A stretch of DNA of 64,000 nt from Eledone cirrhosa (taxonomy: Eukaryota), in NCBI GenBank assembly GCA_964016885.1, contig OZ024740.1:107322001-107386000 (forward strand), written 5' to 3'. Shown here piece by piece: positions 27,801 through 41,617 of the stretch. Positions within the stretch are counted from its first letter, which is position 1; every line of letters begins with the position of its first letter. The notes under the pieces were generated by a model that saw only the letters and a list, made by a program, of their open reading frames with translations, was not told the DNA's origin and searched no databases. Position numbers and translations under genes: made by a program.

Positions 27801-30561
27801 AAATGCTTTTGATTCAAAGAACTTACCTGCCACTCACAGCTCCAGCAATGTCCATTATTGTTTTTAACATTCCATGTACTCCTTTATAAGTAGCTGACCC
27901 ATCAAAGTGACCAATACAGGTGGCTCCAGAGCCTATATTAGCAAAAGTATAAGATATTTTTAAAATGTAAATACATATTAGATAAAATTGTAGCTTCAAA
28001 TGGGGATAAGGAATAAAGGTGAGAATCATTATAACTTATGTTGGCTATTCCCTTCTGTGCATCAGAGAACCAATGTTGTGACTACACAACAAGATAATGG
28101 TGCAAACAGAAGAATTGATAGAGCAGCGGACAAAATATTTTATGGTATTTTGTCACATTCCTTTTCATTTTGAGTTCAAATCCTACCAATGTTCACTTCT
28201 TGATATTCTTTAACCCTTTTGTTACATATTTCTAATGGAAAAATATTGCCTATTATTATCTCATAATTTTGAAAATAATGAAGAATTGGGGAAAATTTAA
28301 CTTTTATTATTAAGCTGGTAGCGAGTGGTGAATTGGCAGTATCGATGGATGATCGGACGCCATACTTTGCAGCATAGAGTTACGGCCCTTTGCGGTCTGA
28401 GTTCAAATATCGCCATGGTTAACTTTACCTTTCATCTTTACAGGATAAAGCATCAGTAATGCACTGGGATAATTGCTGGCCTTGTACCAAAAGTAGAAAC
28501 AATTATTAAGCTGGTAGAATGGCAGTAGCAGTAGAGCGTTGGACAACATGCTTTGCAAAATTTAATTATGCTTCTCTACATTCTGATTTCAAATCCATCT
28601 GATATTAGTTTTGCCTTTCATCCTTACAGAGTTAATAAAATAAAGTACCAGTAACAAACTGGGTTGATTTAATTGACTTCTCCCTTCCTTTCAAATTGCT
28701 GGCCTTGTGTCAAAAGTAGAAATAATTATTAAGATGGTAGATTAATAGTATAAGTAGAGCATCAAACAAAATGCTTTGCAGTATTTAGTTCCAAGTTCAA
28801 ATCCCACCGAAGTCAACTTTGTCTTTAATTCTTCCATGGTCAATAAAATGAATTACCAGTTCAGTACTGGGGTCAATATAATTGACTTTCCCCTTCCCCC
28901 ATATTGCTGGCCTTGTGCAAATATTAGAAAAAATTATTGAATATTTATTATATATATTATTTCTCTAGAAAAATGTTTGGAACATAACCTAACAAAGGTT
29001 CTTACATAATATTATTATGGAAGGTTTTCATATAAATATAAAACCATTGAAATAAATAGCCTTAGAATCAAGGGGCAGTTTTGAGTGGTTTGGTATGAAG
29101 AGGGTTAATGTAAAACACAAAGAATTCACATACCTGTTTCCCTTAGAACTGCTATGTGACATGTTGTAGCACTATCTGTGCCCAGGTAGGATATGGAATC
29201 TGTAAATATGAGACATAGAAAAATAGGTTACATCACATCCATTTTAGAAGTTCACTCCAGTACTTTAGGGGTTAATGAATAATACTGAGGTTGAGTCTGA
29301 CTCAGTCTCTCTCTCTCACTCACTCTGTGAAAGAAATCAGCTGTTCAGCTGTCCTGAAAAGAGATGGGGTCCACCAGGTTAAGATGACCAAGAAATGGTA
29401 TGGGTCACAGCAGTATTCCTTATAACTCCATAAGGAGTTAAAGACTAAATGACCACCATCACCACCACAACTACCACCATCATCATCACCCCCACCTACT
29501 ACTACTACTACTACTACTACTACTGTTACTGCTACTACTGTTAACACTATTGTCACCAACACTATTACTACTATTGCTACTACTATTAGCACTACTGTCA
29601 CCGCCTACTACTACCACCACCACCACCACTATTACTGCTACTAACACTACCATACCACCGACACCAATCAACCCATCACCCAGTTTAACAACACCACTTG
29701 GTCTTTTGGTGTCTTTAGCAGAGTCCACTCTATTGCAAACCTTCAGACTAGGTTTCTGGTTTAAGGATACCTTGCTCCCTCACACTAGTCTCAGATGTCA
29801 TGAAAGAAATGAACAGTCTTAGGCCCTGCCCTTCTTCCCCACACTGACTAAACTGTAAAAAAAATATAAATAATGTTGAGTTAAAAATGTGTGACCAGGT
29901 TATCTTAAATTACATGTGAGATAATTTGAGAAAGGAGTAAATAATACTCCAAAGAATTTACTAAATCATTTCTGAAAAGAAGACAGTGTGTTTCCGATTT
30001 AGAGAAGGTACACCATATCTGTGCATGACATTGGTGTCAGTATGTGCATCTGACTGTAAAACATTGCCGCAAAGAAAACCTCAGCTTTGAAATGCTTATT
30101 GGTATTTCATAAAAGATGACTGCATGTATCCGATTTAGAATAGGTACACAGATAGATCTCTCAGTTTCTCCAAAAACTTCTGTATTACTTATAAACCCAG
30201 ATAGAGTGAACATGCAGGTTTGCACAGATTGGATGAGTTTACTGAATCATGTTACTATGGCAGAAGTATCAAGCGGTGATAGCATGTTGAGCACCATATG
30301 TTTATTGCAATAATTTATACTGACACCAACATTCCCTTAACAGAAAAGCCAGTAAAAAATGTAAGATAAACATTGAAGTTAATTACAACTTACTGTCGGC
30401 AGGAGATGTCCCAGCATATTCTTTCTGTCCAACATACAATAAACCTTTGGGGTTTAAAAGTTTTGTAGGAATATCTCTGAGTTTAATTGAAGCTTCCTGA
30501 AAATTAAGAGGAATGTAAAATAATAGGTGTAAAGATATGTTAAATAATTTTTGTATAGGTA

Positions 30562-30611
<50 letters not shown>

Positions 30612-33600
30612 ACATATATCATCATCATCATCATTTTACATCCGCTTTTCCCTGCTTGCAAGGGTGGGATGGGTCTCATTCAGCACAGCATCTCTCCACT
30701 TGTCACGGTCCTTCGTCATTTCCACCGTGAGATTCAGCGATCTGAGGTCTGTTCTCACCACCTCCGTGCATGTTTTTCGTGGTCTACCTCTACCACGTCT
30801 TCCTTCAACTGGCATTTCCTGACACTTCTTCACCCATCGGTCATCCTCCATGCGTATCACATGTCCATACTACCTCAGTCTCCTCTCCCGCACACTACAT
30901 TCTATCCCTCTCAGACACATTTTCTCTCTCAACACATTTATGCTGGGTCGTTCACGCACACTGACATTGCACATCCAACGGAGCATGCTTGCATCATTTC
31001 TCTCCAACCGTCGCATATCCTCTGCAGTTGTTGCCCAGGTTTCACTACCATGCAGCATCGCGCTCCTCACACAGGCATCATATAACCGACCTTTCGTACG
31101 CAGGGAGAAACCTTTCTTCATCAGCAGAGGAAGCAGCTCCCTAAATTTCTTCCAACCCGTCCTTATTCGAGATACTATGGCCTCAGAACAACCCCCTCCC
31201 ATGCTAATCTGATCTCCTAGGTACCGGAAGCTATCCACCACTTCTATAGCACCCGCCTGCATTTGATAAATGTGTCTATCAATGCGACTTCACTGTCTAA
31301 TTTCCCTGTACATCTACTGCATACGTATTTCTCCCTACCTGTTAGTTTGCCTGTTATCCCACTACATCTCTTGTGTACCCAGGATCTGCATTGTGTGCAT
31401 TTTATAGAATTTATGCCAGTTCCTTTTCTGCATATCGAACATGGCCATTTCCCTGACGTAATCAGAGTTTTGTCCTCTTTTCTACTCATCAACACTTTTG
31501 TCTTGCAGTCCTCTTGCTTCCAACTATTGTTTCCATAGTCAGAATTTATTCTCTAGCTTTACTGATTCTGCTATAAGAACCAGATCGTCAGCATAGAGAA
31601 GTTCCCATGGACAGCCAGTCTTAAACTCCTCTATTATGGCTTGGAGGATTATAATGAACAAGAGCGGGCTGAGGACCGAACCTTGATGTACTCCTACTTG
31701 TATCTGGAATTCCTCACTAAACTCCATTCCTACCCTAACTTTAATGACAGGACCTCTGTACAAAGTTTGCACTGTTCTCACAAGCCATTCCTCAACACCT
31801 AGTTTCCTTAAGGACCACCAGATGACAGATCGGGGTACCCTATGAAAGGCCTTCTCTAGGTCAACAAAGGCTAAGTATAGTGGCTTATTCTTCTCCAAGA
31901 ACCTCTCTTGTAATTGTCTCACCAAGAAGAGGGCATCTGTTGTACTTTTCCCAGGCACAAAACCAAACTGCATCTCATCTAGTTTGACCCTTTCTCTAAT
32001 TAGTTGTGCTAATATCCTTTCTGCCACTTTCATAACCTGATCCATCAGTTTTATACCCCTATAATTTCTCCTCTCCAGAACATCCCCTTTACCTTTGTAG
32101 CAATTTATGAGAATACTGCTGCACCAGTCTTTAGGTATGACACCGCCATATATAGCCTGATTGATGCGTGCAACCAGTTTAGTGCCTACGTCCCCTAATG
32201 CATTCAGCATCTCAGCAACTATCCCCGATGGTCCAGCAGCCTTACCATTTTTCATTTACTTAATCGCCTCTTGGACCCTATATTCGTCAATCTCAATAGC
32301 TGGTCCCTCTGTCGGATCTACTGAGGTAATTTCTCTCTCTCCCATTCGTTCTCCACATTCATCAGTCTCCCATAGTGACATTTCCAGGCCTCCTTTTTCT
32401 TATCATTCGTGACACTAAGTACACCGGCATCATTCCAGACACATTTATCTCCAACAACCTGATTTGCATTGACACACTGCCTTGCAATGTGGAACACCGC
32501 ACGCCTCTGATCTTCCCATCGCAGAACATTGGCAAACCTCCTACTCTCAGCCTCCCTGTGTGCTAAGTACACCTGACATCTAGCTTCTCTCTTAGCGGCT
32601 GTATATCCTTCTCTACTCCCACCCTTTTTTCAAGCCTTCCATGCTAGTCTTTTGTCTCTAATGGCCTTATCTACTGTGCTGTTCCACCACCAGGTCACTC
32701 TCTGTCTGGAGCTCTGCTCCAGCCACAAGTTTCATCAGTAGCCTGCAGTAAGTTGTCACGTAAGAAATTCCAGTTATTATCTATGTCATACAACTCTAAA
32801 TCGTCTTCTTTTTCGTCATACACATCTTGAAGGGCTTTCCCGAAGTTAAGATGGCATGACTTACCATATATACTTGAATATAAGCTGATGAATATGTGAC
32901 CAAAAAATCGATGGTAAGTTGGCTTATATACACCATCTAAACAATGTGTTGATTAGCTGCCTTGACTTATAAATGAGGTTTCGATTTTTGCCTATTTTTC
33001 AGGCATAAAATAGGTGGAGGGTACTTATATTCGAGTATATATGGTGAACTACAACCTAATATTGCTAAATGTCATGTATTTATTCATCAAACTAACAGTC
33101 TTTTGCCATACCTCATCTTATCCTCTTACATCAGCTGGTCCTTCTATAAACTAATATCATCTCATACTGTTTTCAACCATCATTTTTACCTTTAACATCT
33201 TATATATATATCATCGTTTAACGTCCATTTTCCACATTTGCATGGGTTTGACAGGTTCTCCTGTTATGAGATAGTTCTTGCTCATACAGACATGTAAAAT
33301 ATAGTTCTAAGCTGAAGAGAAAGAAAACTCATTCCCAGCCAGTTGTAAAACAAAATAGATGATGTGTGGTTAAAGTAGTAGCATCAGCAACTCTTGATTT
33401 GGCAAAGAGATTTAAAAACAGAACAACATGCTTTAACCCATTAGCATTTACATTACTCTATATTTACTATTATATTTTTGTGGTAAAGGCTTTACCTCAT
33501 ATAATTATCTCACATAATATCAAATGTATGAAATTTTCATATTTATTTTGAGAACAATACCTTAACATCAGTATGACTGGCCGGTTACAGCCAGTTTGAA

Positions 33601-35228
33601 CAGAAAGAGGTGAAAGAATTCTGGTTGGATAGATACAGCCAGTTTAAATGCTAAATGGTTAATGTGGGCTGGATGAACTTATAGCATCAATACTGAAGGG
33701 CATTGCTGAGAGAGTGATATGGTTGGAATTAACCAAAATTGTTGAAATCTCCAGGCAACAGATGATGACGAGAACTGTCACACCATTGAAGCTGCATACA
33801 AGTTCATAGGCTGACTATGAATGAGTGATGCTAGAGCTGTGAAATCTTGCATGCATTAATTTCAACTCACTCTTCTTAGTAATAACTGCATTGTTTATTT
33901 CCAGGGACTATGTTGAAAAATAAACAAATAGGCTATGTAGCCGGTAAACCCTAAAGGGACGCAACACACATCACTATAGCGTTTCACCTGCCCCTTCCTT
34001 TTGTTATCTGTATTTACATTACGAATAGACGACTAAATAATTTTAACTTCTTTTTTAACAATTGATGGTGGAAAAGATTTTAAATTGTCTTAACAATTGT
34101 CTTAACTCAGGCTGCAACTCATGGTGTCTGACACTTTTACTGGCTACATAGCCTCTTCCAAAAATAAACCTCATTTGGTCATTCCATGAGAGTATCTTGG
34201 TCAGCCTATGAACTTTTCAGCTGGCCCTTGTACATATTGTAATGTATATATTTAGTTTGCCTCAAAAACATTTTGTAGGAAACACCAATATCCCTTGTGT
34301 AAATTAAAACACATTTTTTCTTTCTTTTCTCTTCTTCCTGAATTTTTTTTTATTGATTTGTACTCTTTTGCAAATCATAAATACACCTATACAATATTTG
34401 TTTTATTGATTTCTTTCCATTGTGAATAATCAAACGTTGTGAGTCATATTTGTATATACAATATACATTATATTATAATGATGCGAGTCATATTTGTATG
34501 CAGTGGTGGAGGGTGCTCTGAAAGTACAGTAGCTAGAGTCAGAACGGGATGGAAAAAGTTCAGAGAGCTTATACCACTATTGGCTGCTAAAGGGTTCTCT
34601 CTAAAAATGAAAGGCAAGCTGTATGATGCCTGCATACAAACACCGATGTTACATGGCAGTGAGACATGGGCATTGTGTGCAGAGGATCTACGCAGACTGG
34701 AGAGGAATGAAGCTTGCATGCTCCGTTGGATGTGTAATAGTAATATACGTGAACGGCAAAGCATAAATGAACTAAGTGAGAAATTAGGAATAAGAGGGAT
34801 CAGATGTTGTTTACTCGAGAGAAGGCTATGTTGGTATGGTAATGTGATGCGCATGAAAGACAACAGCTGTATAAAAAAGTGCAGGGCGATCAAAATAGAC
34901 GATAACCACGGAGTAGGCAGACCCAGAAAAACCTGGGACGACTTGATAAATTCCGACCTCACACACTTACACCTCTCCAAGACAATGTCACTGGACCGAG
35001 ATCTTTGGCGCTACGCAATAATACAGAAGACCCGCCTTGCCTAAGTACAAAGCGAAACCTACAGTCAGTAGGCACATCTTAACCAAAATACACCCCCGTC
35101 CCACTACCCCTACCCCCACCCCCATCAACACCACCCATTTCGATGTAAAGTTATGTTGGTACCACAACATCCAGTCCTAAATAAATGAGGTTGTGTAGGT
35201 GTCACGAAGCGTGGAAGATGGACGTTAA

Positions 35229-35265
<37 letters not shown>

Positions 35266-36188
35266 CAATATACATATAATGATGTGAGTCATATTTGTAT
35301 ATACAATATACATTATATAATGATGTGAGTCGTATTTGTAAAGACAATATACATTATATAATGATTTCTACTTTAAACACAAGGCCAGTAATTTGCGATC
35401 ATGGTGAAAGCCTCAACTTCAGTTCTTTACAGGTATTTTATTTTAAGGTATTTTATTTTATTGTAAAGTTATGTTGGTACCACAACATCCAGTCCTAAAT
35501 AAATGAGGTCATGTAGGTGTCACGACAAACAAACACACAGTCCACGCTGTAATGTGGCCATTTAGGTAACACGGTAAAAACCTCCCAGTCCACACTGTAA
35601 ACGTGGTTGGTGTTAGGAAAGGCATCCAGCCAAAGAAAACCTGCCAGACAGTCCTATCCAAGCAAGACAACCAATCTTGCCTCAAGTGGGACAATTCCCG
35701 TCCAAACCCATGCTAGCAGGGAAGATGGACGTTAAACGATGATGATGATGATGACAAGATACATTATATAATGATATGAGTCATATTTGTAAAGACAATA
35801 TACATTATATAATGATTTCTACTTTAAGCACAAGGCCAGTAATTTGCAATCATGGTGAAAGCCTCAACCTCAGTTCTTTACAGGTATTTTATTTTACCAA
35901 CCCTGGAAGGATGAAAGGCAAAGTTAACCTAAGCAAGATTTGAACTTAAAATGTAAAAAGCCACAACAAATACTGATAAGCATTTGTCTGATGCTCTAAC
36001 GTGACTACAGAACTATCGGCCAAAGCCTCCCCTCCAATAGTTCACTCTGTAACTTTTCTCCCCAACTGCACCTTTTTTTTCCACTTACCCTACACATCCT
36101 CACCCCTAATAAAACTGCATATGGAGATAACTGAAATTGAAAAAGATGAACAAATAATTCAGTTATCCACTCACTGTTGTGAGTGGAT

Positions 36189-36256
<68 letters not shown>

Positions 36257-36558
36257 GAGGCACATGGCTTAGTGGTGGTTAGACCTAGCAATCGAAAGGT
36301 TGTGAGTTCAACTGCAAAGTGGTTGTGGAGGTGCCACGGCAAAAAAGCACCCAGCACTCACTGTAAATGAGGTTGGTGTTAGGAAGGGCATCCAGCTGTA
36401 GAAATCAAGCCAGAATCAGTTCCCATCCCACCCTTGCAAGCAGGGAAAAGCGGACGTAAAATGATGATGATCATGATGTATATATATATGTATATATATA
36501 TATATATAAGTATATACATATATAAGTATATATATATATATATATACACACATATATG

Positions 36559-36592
<34 letters not shown>

Positions 36593-39068
36593 TATATGTA
36601 TCATCATCATCATCATCGTTTAACGTCCATCTTCCACGCTTGCATGGGTTTGGACGGGAATTTTCCCACTTGAGGCAAGATTGGTTGTCTTGCTCGTATA
36701 GGACTGTCTGGCGGGTTTTCTGCGGCTGGATGCCCTTCCTAACACCAACCACGTTTAGAGTGTGGACTGGGAGGTTTTTACCGTGTTACATACACGGCCA
36801 CATTACAGCGTGGACTGTGTGTTTTTTTGTCGTGACACCTACACGACCTCATTTATTTAGGACTGAAAGTTGTGGTACCAACATAACTTTACATCGAAAG
36901 GGGTGGTGTGGATGGGGTGGGGGTGGTGGGATGGGGTTGTATTTTTGTTAGAGGTGCCTACTGACTGTAGGTTTCGCTTTGTACTTAGGCAAGGCGGGTC
37001 TTCTGTATTATTGCGTAGCGCCAAAGATCTCGGTCCAGTGACATTGTCTTGGAGAGGTGTGTGTGAGGTCGGAATTTATCAAGTCGTCCCAGGTTTTTCT
37101 GGGTCTGCCTACTCCGTCGCTTCCGTCTATTTTTATCGCCCTGCACTTTTTTATAGAGCTGTCGTCTTTCATGCGCATCACGTGACCATACCAACATAGT
37201 CTTCTCTCGAGTAAACAACATCTGATTCCTCTTATTCCTAATTTCTCACTTAGTTCATTTATGCTTTGCCGTTCACGTATATTACTATTACACATCCAAC
37301 GGAGCATGCAAGCTTCGTTCCTCTCCAGTCTGCGTATATCTTCTGCACACAATGCCCAAGTTTCACTGCCATGTAACATTGCTGTTCGTATGCAGGCATC
37401 ATACAGCCTGCCTTTCATTTTTAGAGAGAACCCTTTAGCAGCCAATAGTGGTATAAGCTCTCTGAACTTTTTCCATCCCATTCTGACTCAAGCTACTGTA
37501 CTTTCAGAGCACCCTCCACCGCTGCTGATTTTGTCACCCAGTTAACAGAAGGTGTCCACTATTTCTATAGAACCATCTGTGAAATGGAATGAGCTAGTAT
37601 TCTGTGGGCACTTGCTGCTACTTATTGCACCAGAGCACCGGCCACATATAAAATCTATATTCTTAGTTAGCTTACATGTGATCCCACTACATCTTTTATG
37701 CACCCATACTTTGCATTTGGGACATAAAATGGAGTTTCTGCCTACTCCTTTCCTACACACTGAGCATGGCCATTTCCCAGATGGGACCAGTGCCCTATTT
37801 TCCTTTCTACAAACTAGAACTTTAGTCTTAGACAGCTTAATTTTAAGGCCTTTTGATTCTAGGCCATGCTTCCATGTTTGGAATTTCTTCTCTAGTTCAG
37901 CCATTGATTCAGCTATGAGCGTTAGATCATCTGCGTATAGGAGTTCCCATGGGCAGCCAGTCTTGAACTCCTCTGTTATAGCCTGAAGGGCAATAATAAA
38001 TAGTAGGAGGCTAAGGACAGAGCCCTGATGAACACCAACTTTTACGCTAAACTCTTCACTATATTCGTTAATTCTAACCTTGCTGACTGTTTATTTATAC
38101 ATGGCTTGTATAGCTCTCACAAGCCATTCATCAACACCTAGTTTTCTAAGAGCCCACCAGATAATGGAACGGGGGACTCTGTCGAAGGCTTTCTCCAAGT
38201 CAACAAAAGCTAAGTATAGGGGTTTACTTTTCGCTAGGTACTTCTCCTGTAGTTGTCGTACAATGAAAAGAGCGTCTGTTGTACTTTTACCTGACACAAA
38301 CCCGAACTGCATTTCATCTAGATCAATTCGTTCTCCGATTAGTTGCGCTATCACTTTTTCTGTGACCTTCATGACCTGGTCAATTAATTTAATGCCTCTA
38401 TAGTTTGCCCTATCTAGGGCATCTCCTTTACCCTTGTAGCAGTTAATGATGATGCTGCTACGCCAGTCCTTCGGAACGACCCCATTCTGTATGACTTGGT
38501 TTACTATCCAGATAACCATAGTGTGTCCCACCGTTCCAGATGCTTTCAGCATTTCAGCAACTATCTCCGAAGGCCCAGCTGCCTTGCCTGTCTTCATATC
38601 TTTGATTGCCTTACTTATTATACTACCTTCAACTTGCACTGCTGGTCCCTCTATTGGATCGATGTGGGGGACACTGTCTTTCTCCCAATTATTCTCCTCA
38701 TTTAGTAGCCTTTCGTAGTGACACTTCCAAGCTACCTTCTTATCAGCGTCAGTGATGGCAAGTACACCATCATCATTATGGACACGCTTCTCCCCAACAA
38801 TATCACGGTTTTCCTTGACACATTGACTAGCAATGCTGAACACCACGTATTTGGTCCTCGCATTGTAGAACATGCTTGAACTTTCTTTCCTCTGCTTCTC
38901 TTCTTGCGAAGTACACTTGTCTCCTAGCTTTCTCCTGGCCACTTGATAGTCTTCTCTACTTCCCCTATCCTGCCATACTTTCCAAGCCTGCTTTTTGGCC
39001 TTGATTGACTCCTCTACCTTACTGTTCCACCACCATGTTACTCTCCTCCTAACTATAGGCCTGCTCCG

Positions 39069-39100
<32 letters not shown>

Positions 39101-39210
39101 TAAATATATATATATATATATATACACATATGTATATATATATATATATATACACGTATATATATATATATATATATACACATGTATATATATATATATA
39201 TACACGTATA

Positions 39211-39249
<39 letters not shown>

Positions 39250-40770
39250 GTATATATATATATCATCATCATCATCATCATCATCAGGTTTAGCGTCCGT
39301 GTTCCACGCTTGCATGGGTTTGGACGGGGGTTTTCCCACTTGAGGCAAGAGTGGTTGTCTTGCTCGCATATATATATATGGAGGGACATGGCTTAGTGGT
39401 TAGAGCATTGGGCTTGCAATCGAAAGGTTGTGAGTTCAATTCTCAGACTGGGTGATGTGTTGTTTCCTTGAGCAAGACACTTTATTTCACATTGCTCCAG
39501 TTTACTCAGCTGTAGAAATGAAAGTGGTCATGGAGGTGCCATGGCAAAAAAGCACCCAGCACTCACTGTAAATGAGGTTGGTGTTAGGAAAGGCATCCAG
39601 CTGAAGAAATCAAGCCAGAATCAGTTCCCATCCCACCCTTGCAAGCAGGGAAAAAGCGGACGTAAAATGATGATGATGATGATGAGATATATATATATAT
39701 ATACATATATATACACATATATATATATATACATATATATACACATATATGTATACATATATATACACATATATATATATATACATATATATACACATAT
39801 ATGTATACATATATATATATACACATATATGTATACATATATATATACATATATAAGGATTAAAATACTGGAGCGTGTTGGAGTTAAACACCCTCTTCGT
39901 ATTATAGAAATGACAGTAAAAGGTATAGCTCGATGTAATTAAACAGAGCCGAAGAATTATGAAGGTAAAACAAAGAAGCCTTCAAAACATCAAAAGTCTT
40001 TATTAGCCAACAATGTTTCGTCCTATTAAGGACTCATCAGGGCAATTAAAACAACAAGAAGTATTATCGGCCAATACATATATATGTTATTATATTATTA
40101 TTATAGGATTATTGTGACATCTATATTGTTTGTGTAAATTAACCGGAGATTATCTATTATATTATATTATATTATATGGTATATAATTGTATAGTTTATT
40201 ATATATTATATCATATCATATTATTACCTCATGTATATTAGATATACGTATTATTACTACTATTATTATTTTTATTCCTATCATGCTTATTTATATTTAA
40301 ACTCTTAATAAGGTTTAATTTGTGCTGTTAAAGATGGATATGTGTATTGATGTATGTGTATATGTGCGTACGTGTGCGTACATATATACATATGTGTATT
40401 ATACCTTTTAATTTCTATTGTAATTTTATTATTGTTACAAGGATATTATATTATATTATATAGTATTATATATAATTCCCGCTCTATATAACCACCTGTT
40501 TAGCTCAAGGTTTTTTTGCTTTGGACTATATTTGTAATATGGTTCTAAATGTTATACACCTCCTTAGTGATTTTTATTATATATTTTTACCCATAATCTT
40601 GCAATACTTTAGTGTATGTACACTCCATATTCTTCGGAGTTTTCGGCTTGTATTGGCCGATAATACTTCTTGTTGTTTTAATTGCCCTGATGAGTCCTTA
40701 ATAGGACGAAACATTGTTGGCTAATAAAGACTTTTGATGTATTGAAGGCTTCTTTGTTTTACTTTCATAA

Positions 40771-40842
<72 letters not shown>

Positions 40843-40845
40843 GTA

Positions 40846-40881
<36 letters not shown>

Positions 40882-41577
40882 CATCCAGCCCGAAACAAAT
40901 GAGGTCGTGTAGGTGTCACGACAAAAAAAACACAGTCCACGCTGTAATGTGGCCATGTAGGTAACATGGTAAAAACCTCCCAGTTCCACACTGTAAATGT
41001 TGTTGGTGTTAGGAAGGGCATCCAGCCGTAGAAAACCCTCCAGACAGTCCTATGAGAGCAAGACAACCACTCTTGCCTCAAGTGGGAAAACTCCCATCTA
41101 AACCCATGCAAGCGTGGAATATGGACGTTAAACGATAATGATGATGATACATATATATATACATATATATATACATATATATATATACATATATATATAC
41201 ATATATATATATACATATATATATATACATATATATATATACATATATTTATATATATACATATATATATACATCATCATCACCGTTTTACGTCCGTTCT
41301 TCCACGCTGGCATGGGTTAGACGGGTTATATATATAAAGAATGAATAATAACAGGTAGACATCATAAAAAGGTAATTTATACCGAGTGCTTACAAATGTT
41401 TCAACAGTGGTTATACAGCCTAGTCATGTTATGTACAAATTGGTAATTATTTGCAGAAACTCAATTTTCAAATGCAGCTTCTACCGTTTCCTCAGAGCAG
41501 AATGGTTAAAATGTAAATACCCTTGTATTTCTTAAAGAAAGTTATTGGGGAAGATAGAGTAGAAAAGGAAAAGAGAA

Positions 41578-41617
<40 letters not shown>

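Larger units (their letters stand above)
39957..40770. mobile_element. PLE-like relic with about 120-bp inverted terminal arms
   Basis: 39957-40078 is the reverse complement of 40649-40770; each arm carries a hammerhead plus AATAAA. Confidence 0.8.

Noticed and set aside
29320-29822. Thr-, Val- or Ser-rich ORFs
   Set aside because: Translations of a trinucleotide low-complexity tract in an intron.
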